A stretch of 64,000 nucleotides of DNA from a virus (Duplodnaviria > Caudoviricetes), in IMG/VR virus record IMGVR_UViG_3300011442_000009, positions 1 through 64,000 of that record; one strand, written 5' to 3'. How positions within the stretch are numbered: the stretch's first letter is position 1; each line of letters opens with the position of its first letter. This document shows, one piece after another, positions 17,384 to 27,069 of the stretch. Both the position numbers and the translations under genes were made by a program. Below the pieces are notes generated by a model that worked only from the letters and a program-made list of their open reading frames with translations, had not been told where the DNA came from and ran no database searches.

Positions 17384-18716
17384 TATTGTGCCGACGGATC
17401 TCGCCTCTCCCAGCACCCCGGAAAAAATTAAAAACACCCCGGCTGCTGAGACCGTGGCGGGAACGTCGGCGCTCCTCGCTACCGAGACCCGGGCACACCA
17501 TCCCTACAGCCCCAGCACGCTGCAGTCGATAGAGGCGTGCCCGCTGTTCCGGTCCCGCCAGAACGTGAAGGAGCATGAACGCACCACTGCCGGGACTCGC
17601 GCACACAACTCTGCCGATTCCGAGACTGATGACGAGCGCCTGAGCGACGACGACGCCGCGGCCGTAGCAGAATGCTTGGACTACGTCGACAAACTGAAAC
17701 AGAACTTTAGTCTCGAGGCGCAGCTCGCACGCAAAAGACTTGAGATGGTTCCGTGCGAAGGCGGCGTCTCGGTCAAGTTTGCTCCTGCAGATTTCGAAGG
17801 AAAGGTGCGGGAGATCAACGAGCCCTACTTGCCGATTGATGACCTTATTTTCCCGGACGCCACCGCAACGACCGCAGGATACGCAGACAAGATTCTGATT
17901 TCGTATTGCGGAAAATACGCCCACGTCGTCGACTACAAGTTCGGCATGTGGCCGGTCACAGAGGCCGATAGCAATCTGCAGGGGCTCGCGTATGCCCTTG
18001 GCGTGTTCAAGGCGAACCCGAAGGTGGAGGAGATCATCATCCACTTCCTGCAGCCGCTCCTGCAGCACAAAACCGCGGCGCTAGTGAAGCGCTCAGATAT
18101 TCCAAAGCACTATTTTCGAATCTGCGCAGTGGTCGCGCGCGCCCGGCTCGCCCGGGAGGCTCTAGAGAAGACCGGCTCGTGGGCCGCGGCCCAATGCTGG
18201 GCTCCGGTGTGCAGTTTTTGTGACCACCTCGGCAAGTGTGACAGGGCGCTCGAGGTTGCAATTCAAGTGGGCCAGAAATTCTACCCGCTCGGCATCCCGG
18301 CAGATCTTACGCCCTCGACGATCCACAACGACCGGGACACCCAGCTCGCTTTGCGGCTGTCCATGGTTGTCGCTACGTGGGCGAAAGCTTTTCGCACGGT
18401 CATCACGAACCGCGTGGTCAACGGCGACGCAGAGATACCTGAGGGTTTTAGATTGATGTCCCAAGCGAAGCGCGAGCTGGTGGACCTGGCACTCTACCGG
18501 AAGGCCGCAATCAAAATCATCGGCGCAAAGGCGTTCGAGGAGACCTTGGAGACTACCTTCGGCGCAGTCGAAAAGTTGATTGCCGAGAAAGCTCCTCGTG
18601 GAATCAAGGAAAAGGTTGTCCTGCAGTTCCAAAAAGAAACTGAAGAAAGTGGTGCAGTTGCGCGCCAACTTCCGATAACCTTCCTCAAAGCGATACCGAA
18701 GAAAGACAAAGAATGA
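17364..18716 (+). CDS. PD-(D/E)XK exonuclease (DUF2800/Cas4-like phage nuclease)
   Basis: HHPYSPST...CP, GTRAH, GYAD...VVDYKFG, NLQ..AYALG, and a C-terminal Cys cluster CxFCxHxxxC. Confidence 0.8.
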   Translation: MNQSPPNIVPTDLASPSTPEKIKNTPAAETVAGTSALLATETRAHHPYSPSTLQSIEACPLFRSRQNVKEHERTTAGTRAHNSADSETDDERLSDDDAAAVAECLDYVDKLKQNFSLEAQLARKRLEMVPCEGGVSVKFAPADFEGKVREINEPYLPIDDLIFPDATATTAGYADKILISYCGKYAHVVDYKFGMWPVTEADSNLQGLAYALGVFKANPKVEEIIIHFLQPLLQHKTAALVKRSDIPKHYFRICAVVARARLAREALEKTGSWAAAQCWAPVCSFCDHLGKCDRALEVAIQVGQKFYPLGIPADLTPSTIHNDRDTQLALRLSMVVATWAKAFRTVITNRVVNGDAEIPEGFRLMSQAKRELVDLALYRKAAIKIIGAKAFEETLETTFGAVEKLIAEKAPRGIKEKVVLQFQKETEESGAVARQLPITFLKAIPKKDKE

Positions 18717-18937
18717 ACGTGACACCAGACATGGTAGCAGCAGTGACGGAAAGGCTGAAGGAGATCAATTGCCCGGTGAGCCATTACGAAGATGCCTCAT
18801 TTATTTTGGGCACTGGAAAAGTGCTCGTCGTTCTTGAAGTACCAAAGGGAAAATGGATGTGCATGATGGACCCAGAGAGGCCCGCAGATTCGGCTTTTCA
18901 GAGCATCACCAAGACGCTCGCAGATCATAAAATTTGA
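18713..18937 (+). CDS. hypothetical protein
   Basis: 74 aa with ATGA overlap. Confidence 0.6.
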   Translation: MNVTPDMVAAVTERLKEINCPVSHYEDASFILGTGKVLVVLEVPKGKWMCMMDPERPADSAFQSITKTLADHKI

Positions 18938-18979
18938 CGACAACACCGCAAACAAAAACCGATAGTTAAATACACCAGT

Positions 18980-19972
18980 ATGGAAGTATCATTCAGCAAA
19001 GACAGTACTAATCCGGCCACGCCGGTAGTCGCGGCTACACCCGCTCCCGCAATCGAAGTCGCCGCAGTGGTGACTCCTGCCGCAACAGCCGCCGTGGCTG
19101 CTGCCGCTGCGGTTCCCACCACGCAAGTCACCGAGCCGGTCACCACGCAAGTCACCCCTCAGGTCGCTCCTCAAGTCGCCCCTCAAGTCCCGGCGGTCAC
19201 CGGTGCTGGCGCTGTTGCCACGCAGAACAACGCGCTTCTCCTTGGAGACACGCTCCCCAACTTCTCGGAAATGATTCTTCCGAGAATCAACCTCGTGCAG
19301 TTCTCCGGCGTCCTCAAGGACTCCTTCGAGCCCGGCACGATCCTGTTCAACCAGCAGGTTCCTTTGCACATCCCGGCGAAGATTAACGAGAAGGATAAGA
19401 CCCTTCTGCGCACGGCAACTCCTCCGGTGACGATGACGTTCCTCGGTTGGAAGAACACCCGGTATGTCGAAAAGGTCCCGGGCGGCGGCAAGGGCCTTTT
19501 GGTTAACACCGAAGCCGCAGTCACGGCGAATGGCGGAACACTCGACTACAACGAGTGGAAACTGAAACGCGACTCCGGCATGAAGCGCTTCGAGTATTAC
19601 AAGGAGTGCATGGTGCTTATCGAGCGTCCCGAGCTCGTCGCCGATGACGACAGCGTTTTCACCTTCGAGCTCGAAGGGAAAAAGTTCACCATCGCCATGT
19701 GGGCGCTCAAGGGCTCCGCTTACACGAATCTTTACAAAAAGATTTTGGCTCCGGCACGGCGCATGGGTCCTCTGGCGAAGGCCGGGTTCCCCTCGTGGTC
19801 CTTCAGCCTCTCCTCCCGGGAGCAGATCACCGAAGGCAATAAATACTTCATTCCGTTCGCGCTCCCGAAGGCGAAGACCAGCGCGGAAGTAATGGAATTC
19901 ATCCGGGGAGTTATCACCGGCGCACCGACGGCGTCCACCGGCGCTGAGGAAAGCGCGGACACCGCGGAATAA
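18980..19972 (+). CDS. putative single-stranded DNA-binding/recombination protein
   Basis: Located between nuclease and polymerase; ILPRINLVQ motif, acidic C-terminal tail and Ala/Pro/Thr-rich N-terminus. Confidence 0.5.
   Translation: MEVSFSKDSTNPATPVVAATPAPAIEVAAVVTPAATAAVAAAAAVPTTQVTEPVTTQVTPQVAPQVAPQVPAVTGAGAVATQNNALLLGDTLPNFSEMILPRINLVQFSGVLKDSFEPGTILFNQQVPLHIPAKINEKDKTLLRTATPPVTMTFLGWKNTRYVEKVPGGGKGLLVNTEAAVTANGGTLDYNEWKLKRDSGMKRFEYYKECMVLIERPELVADDDSVFTFELEGKKFTIAMWALKGSAYTNLYKKILAPARRMGPLAKAGFPSWSFSLSSREQITEGNKYFIPFALPKAKTSAEVMEFIRGVITGAPTASTGAEESADTAE
19120..19195 (+). repeat. 12-bp-period coding repeats (TQVT/PQVA)
   Basis: acgcaagtcacc twice, plus cctcaggtcgct/cctcaagtcgcc/cctcaagtcccg. 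Confidence 0.7.
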
Positions 19973-19995
19973 GCTTCCTCCCTACCCAGTAGCAC

Positions 19996-20030
19996 GCCCC
20001 TGCAGTGAACCGCTGCAGGGGCTCTTTTCT
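19996..20030 (+). terminator. rho-independent terminator
   Basis: 10-bp stem gcccctgcag/ctgcaggggc followed by tcttttct. Confidence 0.8.
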
Positions 20031-20094
20031 TATGAGATTTACTTGGAAGATAGTTCTTGATTTGTTTAAACGACCTGCTAGTCTTGATTCAGAT

Positions 20095-20241
20095 ATGAAC
20101 GTCAAATGCGACTGGGAAGTCCGGAAGGCGGAGGCAGACCACTACCGCTTTGTGCCCTGCGGATGCCCGGCCAAGGTCTGCACGACCGGCCCGAAGTGGC
20201 AGCTTGGAAAACCTCGCTGCCGGAAGCACACCAAAAAGTAA
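20095..20241 (+). CDS. small Cys/His-rich protein
   Basis: MNVKCDWEV...CGCPAKVC...RCRKH, downstream of a promoter-like TTGATT-N16-TAGTCT (20057..20084). Confidence 0.5.
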   Translation: MNVKCDWEVRKAEADHYRFVPCGCPAKVCTTGPKWQLGKPRCRKHTKK

Positions 20242-20244
20242 TTT

Positions 20245-20856
20245 ATGAACAAAAGCAAAAACGCAGTAATCACACGCGAGCAATGGCTGCAAAACGCCGT
20301 GGTCGCAATGGAGCCGCTCTTTAATCGAGTCGGCTATAAAATCCCGGCCGTCCGGGTCTCCTGTGGGTTCCCCTACGCCAGCAAGAACGCCATTGGCCAA
20401 TGCTGGGACAAGTCTGCCGCGTCCGATAAGGTCGCGCAGCTATTCGTCTCTCCGCAGGTCAAGGACGAGCTCGCCCCGCAGGGGGTGCTGCCCATCCTCG
20501 TGCACGAAGTGGTGCACGGCGTCGTGGGCAACGACCAGAAGCATAACAAGGTTTTCGGCAAGTGCGCTCGAGCCGTGGGGCTCGAAGGCAAATTGACTGA
20601 GACTGTCGCCAGTGCCGCCCTCATCGAGGAAATGAAGGGCTGGATGAAAAAGCTGGGAGAGTATCCTCACGCCACGCTGAACCCGGGCAAGCGTCCAACG
20701 AAGAAGCAGACCACGCGCATGATCAAGTGCGAGTGCAAGGAGTGCGGCTACGTGGTCCGGACGTCCGCCAAGTGGCTCGAGATCGGCGCTCCGATCTGTC
20801 CCTGCAACCAGCAGCCGATGTTCTTCAAAGGCTGCGAAGAGAAAGGCGACGAGTGA
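20245..20856 (+). CDS. SprT-like zinc metalloprotease with C-terminal zinc ribbon
   Basis: LVHEVVH...H...F motif, then CECKEC and CPC. Confidence 0.8.
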   Translation: MNKSKNAVITREQWLQNAVVAMEPLFNRVGYKIPAVRVSCGFPYASKNAIGQCWDKSAASDKVAQLFVSPQVKDELAPQGVLPILVHEVVHGVVGNDQKHNKVFGKCARAVGLEGKLTETVASAALIEEMKGWMKKLGEYPHATLNPGKRPTKKQTTRMIKCECKECGYVVRTSAKWLEIGAPICPCNQQPMFFKGCEEKGDE

Positions 20857-21074
20857 AAAAGTATCTCGTATTCATCCGAAGGAGTGACCCGCAGTCGCAA
20901 CCGGCCTCTTGGGAATTCGCTACGCCGGAGGAAGTGGCAAAGTTTCTCGTGAACGAAGATCCGCATCGCGTATCTATCTTTATCCAAGTCGAGGGTTTGG
21001 ACTTTACGAAGGGATCTGCCCGACTCGCGGGGCAACTTTTCGGCGTGGCGCTGGAAACTGATTTAAACCCATGA
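20853..21074 (+). CDS. hypothetical protein
   Basis: GTGA-coupled start (VKKYLVFIRR). Confidence 0.55.
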   Translation: MKKYLVFIRRSDPQSQPASWEFATPEEVAKFLVNEDPHRVSIFIQVEGLDFTKGSARLAGQLFGVALETDLNP

Positions 21075-21406
21075 ATGAAGCAACACTAAGATTCGTAAAC
21101 GAATCCGCGATACGGGAGCACGCCTTGAAGTGCTCGAAACAGTTTCGCGCCGGAAAGTTCACACGGGTCGGCGAGGATTTCATGGATGAGGTAAAGGCCG
21201 ACGTGGCTGCGTTTGTCCGGGATCTTAGGGTCCTGCGCAATAATACCACGGTGCATGAGCCCCTCGAACGCGGAGAGCTTCAGTTTGCCACCGGGGCGCT
21301 CATGGACGCCACTCAGGACGCTCTGAACCAATATATCGGCCGGATAATCCAGAACAAGGTGCAGAAGCAGCCTAGCTGCGGCTGCACGCTCAGCAGGACC
21401 CGATAA
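21071..21406 (+). CDS. hypothetical protein
   Basis: 111 aa with ATGA overlap. Confidence 0.7.
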   Translation: MNEATLRFVNESAIREHALKCSKQFRAGKFTRVGEDFMDEVKADVAAFVRDLRVLRNNTTVHEPLERGELQFATGALMDATQDALNQYIGRIIQNKVQKQPSCGCTLSRTR

Positions 21407-21416
21407 AACACCCTCC

Positions 21417-21458
21417 GGCCGGGCCTGAAAAAAGAACTTCAGGCCCGGCCCTTCTTCT
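21417..21458 (+). terminator. strong hairpin/terminator
   Basis: 13-bp stem ggccgggcctgaa/ttcaggcccggcc followed by cttcttct. Confidence 0.65.
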
Positions 21459-21475
21459 GCTAGGGTGCTTCCACT

Positions 21476-21646
21476 ATGTTGAATCTATGCAGCGAATTAC
21501 ACAGCCCCGTGGTGCACGATACTCATCAATGCCCAGTATGCGCAGCGATAGAGGAACGCGATGAAGTCTTGCGAAAGCTTGACGAAAAAACCCAAGAGGT
21601 GGTCGATCTGAACACCCAAATCTCGAACATGCGAGGAACACTTTGA
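21476..21646 (+). CDS. small zinc-finger/coiled-coil protein (56 aa)
   Basis: Read manually: MLNLCSELH...CPVCAAIEERDEV...; the TGA overlaps the polymerase TTG. Confidence 0.55.
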   Translation: MLNLCSELHSPVVHDTHQCPVCAAIEERDEVLRKLDEKTQEVVDLNTQISNMRGTL

Positions 21647-23622
21647 ACCCCATTGCAATCGACTTTGAAACCTTCTACTCCAAAAAACTCAAGTGCACGG
21701 TCTTCGGAAACCTTCCTGAGGAATATGTTTCGCATCCACTTTTTGACACCTACATGGTGTCCGTGTGTGATGGGAGTCAGGCATGGTCCGGACACCCGAA
21801 GGATTTTAATTGGAGTGCTCTGGAAGGGAAAACTTTACTCTCTCACAATCGGCGCTTCGATAATACGGTGCTGAATAAAGAGATCAAGGAAGGCCGCATT
21901 CCGAGGGTCAACTGGAAGGCGTGGCACTGCACCGCGAACCTGACGAGCTACCTCTGCAACCGGCGCTCTCTCGACCAAGCAATCGAGAACCTCTACAAGA
22001 TTAAAGTCGACAAGTCCGCTCGCTCAGACGCTAACGGTAAACGCTGGCCGCAGGATTTTACCGACGAAGAGCGCAAGCAGATGCTGGCCTACGCGAAGGA
22101 TGACGCCATCATATGTCATAAGCTTTGGATGGATTACTCTCACAAAATGCCGGAGATCGAGCACCGGCTGTCTGACCTGACAATCGAACAGGGCATGCGC
22201 GGGGTCCAGATTGACGTAGGTCGTTTAAACGAATACCTCGTCCGCTCCCACGAAATGCTCGGGGAGACCACAAAGCTGATTCCTTGGATGCAAGATGACG
22301 CCTCGGACGACTGGGACGAGTTCAACCTTACGCCCACCGCTACGTTCTGCATCGAAGAGCAATGCCGCCGGGCTGGGATCGTGCCGCCTCCGAAAAAGAC
22401 CAAGGATGCCGAAGGTTACCTCGAATGGGAGGCTCTCCACGTCAAGAACCACCCTTGGATCACCGCAGTGAGCTCTTGGCGCTCCATTAATAAGCTTTAC
22501 AAGACTTTCGTCCTCGTGAAGCGGCGGCTGGACGAGAACGACGTAATGCCGTTCTCATTAAAATATTTTGGTGCTCATACCGGCCGCTGGTCTGGCGACG
22601 CTCGCCTGAACATGCAAAATATGAGGAAGCTCCCGGTCGTCTGCAACGAGAACGGCCTGATGGAAACCAATGAGCGGAGGGTCTTGAACGCCATTGACAC
22701 ATTTGAACAGGACGGAGCCTTCCCTAGCTGGGTGCGCCACACGCTCGATTTTCGTGCTCTGATTATCCCTCGGCCCGGGAAGAAAATGATAGTGTCCGAC
22801 CTGAGCCAGATCGAGCCTCGAGTGCTCGCGTGGGTTGCGGGAAATCAAAAGTTCCTCGAACTTGTTGCTCAGGGATATTCTCCCTACGAAGCGCACGCGA
22901 AGGCGTCCATGAAGTATACCGAGCCAACACCTTTGAAAGATACCGACGCCGGAATGTATAAGCTGGCGAAGGCGCGCGTGCTCGGTCTGGGCTATGGCTG
23001 CGGCTGGGAAAAGTTCATCACGGTCGCCTACGCCATGGCGCGTCTGGACATCACCAAGGATGACCCGGAGTTTATCGACGAAACGAACCCGTACACCGGC
23101 GTGGTGACCAAGGACTCTGGTTACGGAGCGGGGAGCAAGGCCATCGTGAAACAGTTTAGAGCGGATAACCCAGAGATCACCAACCTTTGGAAAAGCCTCG
23201 ACGAGAAATTCAAAGGAAGTGTTGGGGAAGACTTCAAGGTTACGCTACCTTCTGGGCGCGTGATGCGATACGAAGACGTGAGAGCGTCCCTTGCAATTGA
23301 ACAGGACCGTGTGACTAAAAAGCCTACCAAGACTTGGAAGTTCACCGCGATGTCCGACGCCCGCCGGAAAGCATACTACGGCGGAAAACTCACCGAGAAT
23401 ATCGTTCAAGCGATAGCTAGGGACGTTTTCGGAGTGCACGTTATCCGCATGGAAGACCGCGGCTGGCGGAATCTTTTCTCCGCACACGACGAAGCCATTC
23501 TGGAAGTCGACCAGTCCGTTACTGCGAAGGATGTCGAAAAAGAAATGGGCCACTGTCCGGAATGGTTGAAGGGTTGCCCAATCGCAGCGGAGGCGAAGGA
23601 AGTTAGTCATTACCTGAAATGA
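21643..23622 (+). CDS. family A DNA polymerase with 3'-5' exonuclease domain
   Basis: Exo I IDFETF; AHTGRWSG; motif A DLSQIEPR; motif B KARVLGLGYG; ENIVQAIARD; motif C HDE. Confidence 0.95.
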   Translation: MNPIAIDFETFYSKKLKCTVFGNLPEEYVSHPLFDTYMVSVCDGSQAWSGHPKDFNWSALEGKTLLSHNRRFDNTVLNKEIKEGRIPRVNWKAWHCTANLTSYLCNRRSLDQAIENLYKIKVDKSARSDANGKRWPQDFTDEERKQMLAYAKDDAIICHKLWMDYSHKMPEIEHRLSDLTIEQGMRGVQIDVGRLNEYLVRSHEMLGETTKLIPWMQDDASDDWDEFNLTPTATFCIEEQCRRAGIVPPPKKTKDAEGYLEWEALHVKNHPWITAVSSWRSINKLYKTFVLVKRRLDENDVMPFSLKYFGAHTGRWSGDARLNMQNMRKLPVVCNENGLMETNERRVLNAIDTFEQDGAFPSWVRHTLDFRALIIPRPGKKMIVSDLSQIEPRVLAWVAGNQKFLELVAQGYSPYEAHAKASMKYTEPTPLKDTDAGMYKLAKARVLGLGYGCGWEKFITVAYAMARLDITKDDPEFIDETNPYTGVVTKDSGYGAGSKAIVKQFRADNPEITNLWKSLDEKFKGSVGEDFKVTLPSGRVMRYEDVRASLAIEQDRVTKKPTKTWKFTAMSDARRKAYYGGKLTENIVQAIARDVFGVHVIRMEDRGWRNLFSAHDEAILEVDQSVTAKDVEKEMGHCPEWLKGCPIAAEAKEVSHYLK

Positions 23623-25784
23623 AAATATTCACACTCAAGAATCTTACGGACCGCGCCGGTGCATTCGACCGGGTTCCGTGGGATTTTAAATTTGCGTCAG
23701 AGACAATCTCCGCGGAGGTGCGCAAGAATAAAGTAAAGCGGCAGGCGTGGTGCACAGACCCCTCAGTCGAGCATTGTTTCTACTCCGCGTTTATCGGCGT
23801 CGCTGAGAGCGGGCGCGTGAACAAGGAGAACCCTCCGAAGCTCCTGTGGCTCTTCGTCGCGGACTACGACTGCGTGATTTCCGACGAGCGGATGAAGGAG
23901 GCAATCGAGCAGATGCCCATCAAGCCGACGTATATTGAAACCTCCATCGGAGGCAATCGCCGGTTGATTTGGGTTCTGGAAGAACCGATTTTGCTAGGCT
24001 CGAATGAGTTTGCGACTTTCCTCCTGCAGAAGGCTGAGACTTGGCTCCGGCTCAATCAGCTCCCCATGCTCGACCAACCGGCTTTCATCACCACTACCCG
24101 GCTGTTCTGCTGCGGTGACAAGTGGGAGCCCACCGGCTACGGCCCGGTGCCGCTCGCGAAGTCGCAAACATTTTTCTGCGACTGTGGGAAAGAGTATCGT
24201 TTCAGAAGTTACGATGAGATTTTGATTCCGCTGGACGTCGCTGCAGCAGAATTCGCGAAAAAGTATCCGGAGACTTTCTCGAAATGGCCCGGGGAATTCG
24301 TATTGGGAAGCCAAGGTCCCAGCTTCTGGGTGCCCGGCTCGGAGTCCGCTGGCTCTGCAATCGTAAAGACTGAGGGTATCTTCACGTTCGCAGCACACGC
24401 AGAGAAGGCGTTCTTTACTTGGGGTGACCTTCTCGGACAAGACTTCGTTAAACAATATCGCGACACCGCCATCGCCCGGGCCTCTCACGACATCTGGTGG
24501 GACAACCTGAAATTCCACCGCAAAATCGATGGGGAGTATGTGTCGATGACGAAGGAAATTTTCGTGAACTATCTCCGGGTAGACTGCGGCCTCTCCGAGA
24601 AAGCGGACTCCTCCGGCACATCACCTATCGCCCAGACCATCCAGCACATCTACAATCACCAGAGGGTCGCCGGGGCAGCTCCGCACGTTCCGCTTCCTAC
24701 CGGCATTATTTATTCTCAGGGAAAGCGCTGCTTGAACACTTACACCGGGCGCGTGGTGGAGCCCGCGACGGGAGTGCACCACTGGGGAGATCTGGGAATG
24801 TTCCCGTGGATCTCCAGAATGATCGACACACTTTTATACCCAAAGCTGCAGAAAGAGTATCTGTTGGCGTGGTATAAGTACTACTATCAGGGCATGCGAA
24901 AAAAGCTATGCCGTCCCGGACAGATTCTGATTATCCAAGGTCAGGCCGGTTGCGGAAAGTCACTGCTCAGTCGTGAGATCATCGGCCGGTCCGTCGGCGG
25001 GTTCTGCGATCCTTCCTCTTTCGTGCTTAACGGCAGCAATTTCAACTCAGAGCTTTTCGAGATTCCGCACTGGGCGCTGGACGACGATGCCCCTAGCGCA
25101 AGTCAGCACGCCGCCGGAGGAGCTCACGCAACGATGAAGAAACTCGTGGCGAATGACTTCTTCATGTATAGCAAGAAATACGAAGTCCCCAGCATGGTTC
25201 AGCGTGGCGGTCGGCTGATTGCTACGATTAATCCCGACGTGATTAGCCTCAAGTTGATTCCCAGTCTGGACGATGGAATGCACCAAAAGTTTTCGCTGTT
25301 CCGTTGCGCAGACTTCGGTCCCGAAAAAGACAACTTCACGTTCCCCATGGACCGCGAGGAGATCCAACGCATCATCGAAAGAGAGCTCCCGTATTTTCTG
25401 GCATGGCTCGAGGCGTGGGAAGTGCCGGACCATATTTCCCGCGGCGACGGCCGCTTCGGTTTCGCAGCCTACCACGATCCCTCCATGGCAGAAACCTCTA
25501 AGCAAGCCGGTTCTGCTGCGCCGTTCAAAGAGATTTTGCTGGAGACCCTGATAGAGCACTTCCGGCAAAATCCGGAGGATACGACTTGGACAGGATCCTC
25601 CAACCGGGTCATGCACCTTTTGGAAAACGATATCAGAAACCAGCTCGCGCTCCGCTCTTACAAACCCGAAAAAATCAATTCCAATCTCGAAACACTGTCG
25701 AAGGAAAATTTCCTCGGCCTAACAACCTCCTCAGATCCCAGCACCGGCATCCGCCTCTGGACCTTTAAAAAACCCACCGCATGA
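23619..25784 (+). CDS. primase-helicase (primase-like N-terminus plus SF3/D5-like NTPase)
   Basis: N-terminal ADYD...ETSIGG.RLIW primase-like motifs; Walker A GQAGCGKS; GSNFNSEL; ALDDD. Confidence 0.85.
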   Translation: MKIFTLKNLTDRAGAFDRVPWDFKFASETISAEVRKNKVKRQAWCTDPSVEHCFYSAFIGVAESGRVNKENPPKLLWLFVADYDCVISDERMKEAIEQMPIKPTYIETSIGGNRRLIWVLEEPILLGSNEFATFLLQKAETWLRLNQLPMLDQPAFITTTRLFCCGDKWEPTGYGPVPLAKSQTFFCDCGKEYRFRSYDEILIPLDVAAAEFAKKYPETFSKWPGEFVLGSQGPSFWVPGSESAGSAIVKTEGIFTFAAHAEKAFFTWGDLLGQDFVKQYRDTAIARASHDIWWDNLKFHRKIDGEYVSMTKEIFVNYLRVDCGLSEKADSSGTSPIAQTIQHIYNHQRVAGAAPHVPLPTGIIYSQGKRCLNTYTGRVVEPATGVHHWGDLGMFPWISRMIDTLLYPKLQKEYLLAWYKYYYQGMRKKLCRPGQILIIQGQAGCGKSLLSREIIGRSVGGFCDPSSFVLNGSNFNSELFEIPHWALDDDAPSASQHAAGGAHATMKKLVANDFFMYSKKYEVPSMVQRGGRLIATINPDVISLKLIPSLDDGMHQKFSLFRCADFGPEKDNFTFPMDREEIQRIIERELPYFLAWLEAWEVPDHISRGDGRFGFAAYHDPSMAETSKQAGSAAPFKEILLETLIEHFRQNPEDTTWTGSSNRVMHLLENDIRNQLALRSYKPEKINSNLETLSKENFLGLTTSSDPSTGIRLWTFKKPTA

Positions 25785-26461
25785 GCACCATCTTTGACCA
25801 ATTAGATTCCCGCGGTTTGACACAAAAAGAGACCGACATCGCCTCGCGCAAGGTCCGGTTCGGGAAACCGGCGGAGCGCGCGGAGGGCATCGAGTTTTTA
25901 GTCGTGCGCTCCCTCCGAGAGTCCGTGCTGCTCCTGCGCAAAATGAGCAAGGGGCGTCTGGATGACGGAGAGCTCATCAGCATCGCGTACAAAGCGCTCG
26001 AGAGATCTGCGCGCTCCTACAATCCCAGCAAGGGCAAGCGCTTTTTCTACTTCTCGAAAAAGGCCCTCCGAGGAGTCCTGATCGAACACTTCCGGGGCAA
26101 CGAGGTAGTGAAGCACGCCGAAAAGCCTGCGGCGTCTTGGGAGGAGGCCGTATCCACTTCCCGGCCGCGGAAGAGCCATCCGGATCTCGAGGATCCGGAG
26201 ACCACGAGCGAGCTCGAGGGCCGGAGCGACGCAGACTTCTCGACGATCTATCAGAAGGAAGATTTCGAACAGGTGACGCGGGCAATGAAGTGTTTAAACC
26301 ACTTCGAAAAAGCCATTGTGCTTTTCATCCGCGCTACTGGCTACTCCTTCCGGGAGACCGCCGAAGAATTCGGTTGCTCTCGCGCGTGGGTCGGACTTTG
26401 CTATAACCGGGCCATCGAAAAATTACGTGCCGTTTTGGTCCCGGGGCGCGATAGTATTTAG
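25781..26461 (+). CDS. phage-encoded sigma-70 family RNA polymerase sigma factor
   Basis: Region 2 ELISIAYKALERSARSYNPSKGKRFFYFSKKALRG; region 4 LNHFEKAIV...GYSFRETAEEFGCSRAWV...RAIEKLR. Confidence 0.85.
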   Translation: MSTIFDQLDSRGLTQKETDIASRKVRFGKPAERAEGIEFLVVRSLRESVLLLRKMSKGRLDDGELISIAYKALERSARSYNPSKGKRFFYFSKKALRGVLIEHFRGNEVVKHAEKPAASWEEAVSTSRPRKSHPDLEDPETTSELEGRSDADFSTIYQKEDFEQVTRAMKCLNHFEKAIVLFIRATGYSFRETAEEFGCSRAWVGLCYNRAIEKLRAVLVPGRDSI

Positions 26462-27069
26462 TGAAAATACTTGCGATAGATCTTGGTACCAACATGGGTT
26501 GGTGCCTCGGTGAACCCGGAAAGACTCCGACCTATGGAACAGTTACCCTCGCAAAACCCAAAGAAATCGCAGAGTCCCGGGCATTCAGGGACAACCGACG
26601 GGAAGATCTCCGGATCCGACGACTCTGGAAATGGGTCCGCGAGCTTGTCCTACGGGAGCAACCTAACATTGTCGTCTGGGAGGACGTCGAGTTTTCTACC
26701 TATACATATCAAGTGCAGCTCTGGTCTTCACTGCGCACCGTCCTGCAATTGGGGGCACGTAGCGTTCACGACAGCAAGCAGCCGATGATTTTCGAATGCG
26801 TCCCCGTCGCCACCTTGAAAGTTTTTGCTGCGCATCACGGCGCAACCAAGGAGTCGATGAAAAAGGCGCTGAAGAAAAAACATTCAGAAATCGATATTAG
26901 TACTTCAGACGACAACGCGATTGATGCAATATGGCTCTACAAGTGGGCCGAGTTCCACATGGCTAGAATATTTAAACCTTATGAGCGAACCGCAGAGACC
27001 AGCAAAGCAACCAACGTCCCAACTGATCTTCCCCAATGCAGAGGCAACGACGACGAACCAACTGAATAA
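26461..27069 (+). CDS. RuvC-like Holliday junction resolvase
   Basis: ILAIDLGTNMGW, VVWED, TLKVFAAHHGATKE and DDNAIDA catalytic pattern. Confidence 0.85.
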   Translation: MKILAIDLGTNMGWCLGEPGKTPTYGTVTLAKPKEIAESRAFRDNRREDLRIRRLWKWVRELVLREQPNIVVWEDVEFSTYTYQVQLWSSLRTVLQLGARSVHDSKQPMIFECVPVATLKVFAAHHGATKESMKKALKKKHSEIDISTSDDNAIDAIWLYKWAEFHMARIFKPYERTAETSKATNVPTDLPQCRGNDDEPTE

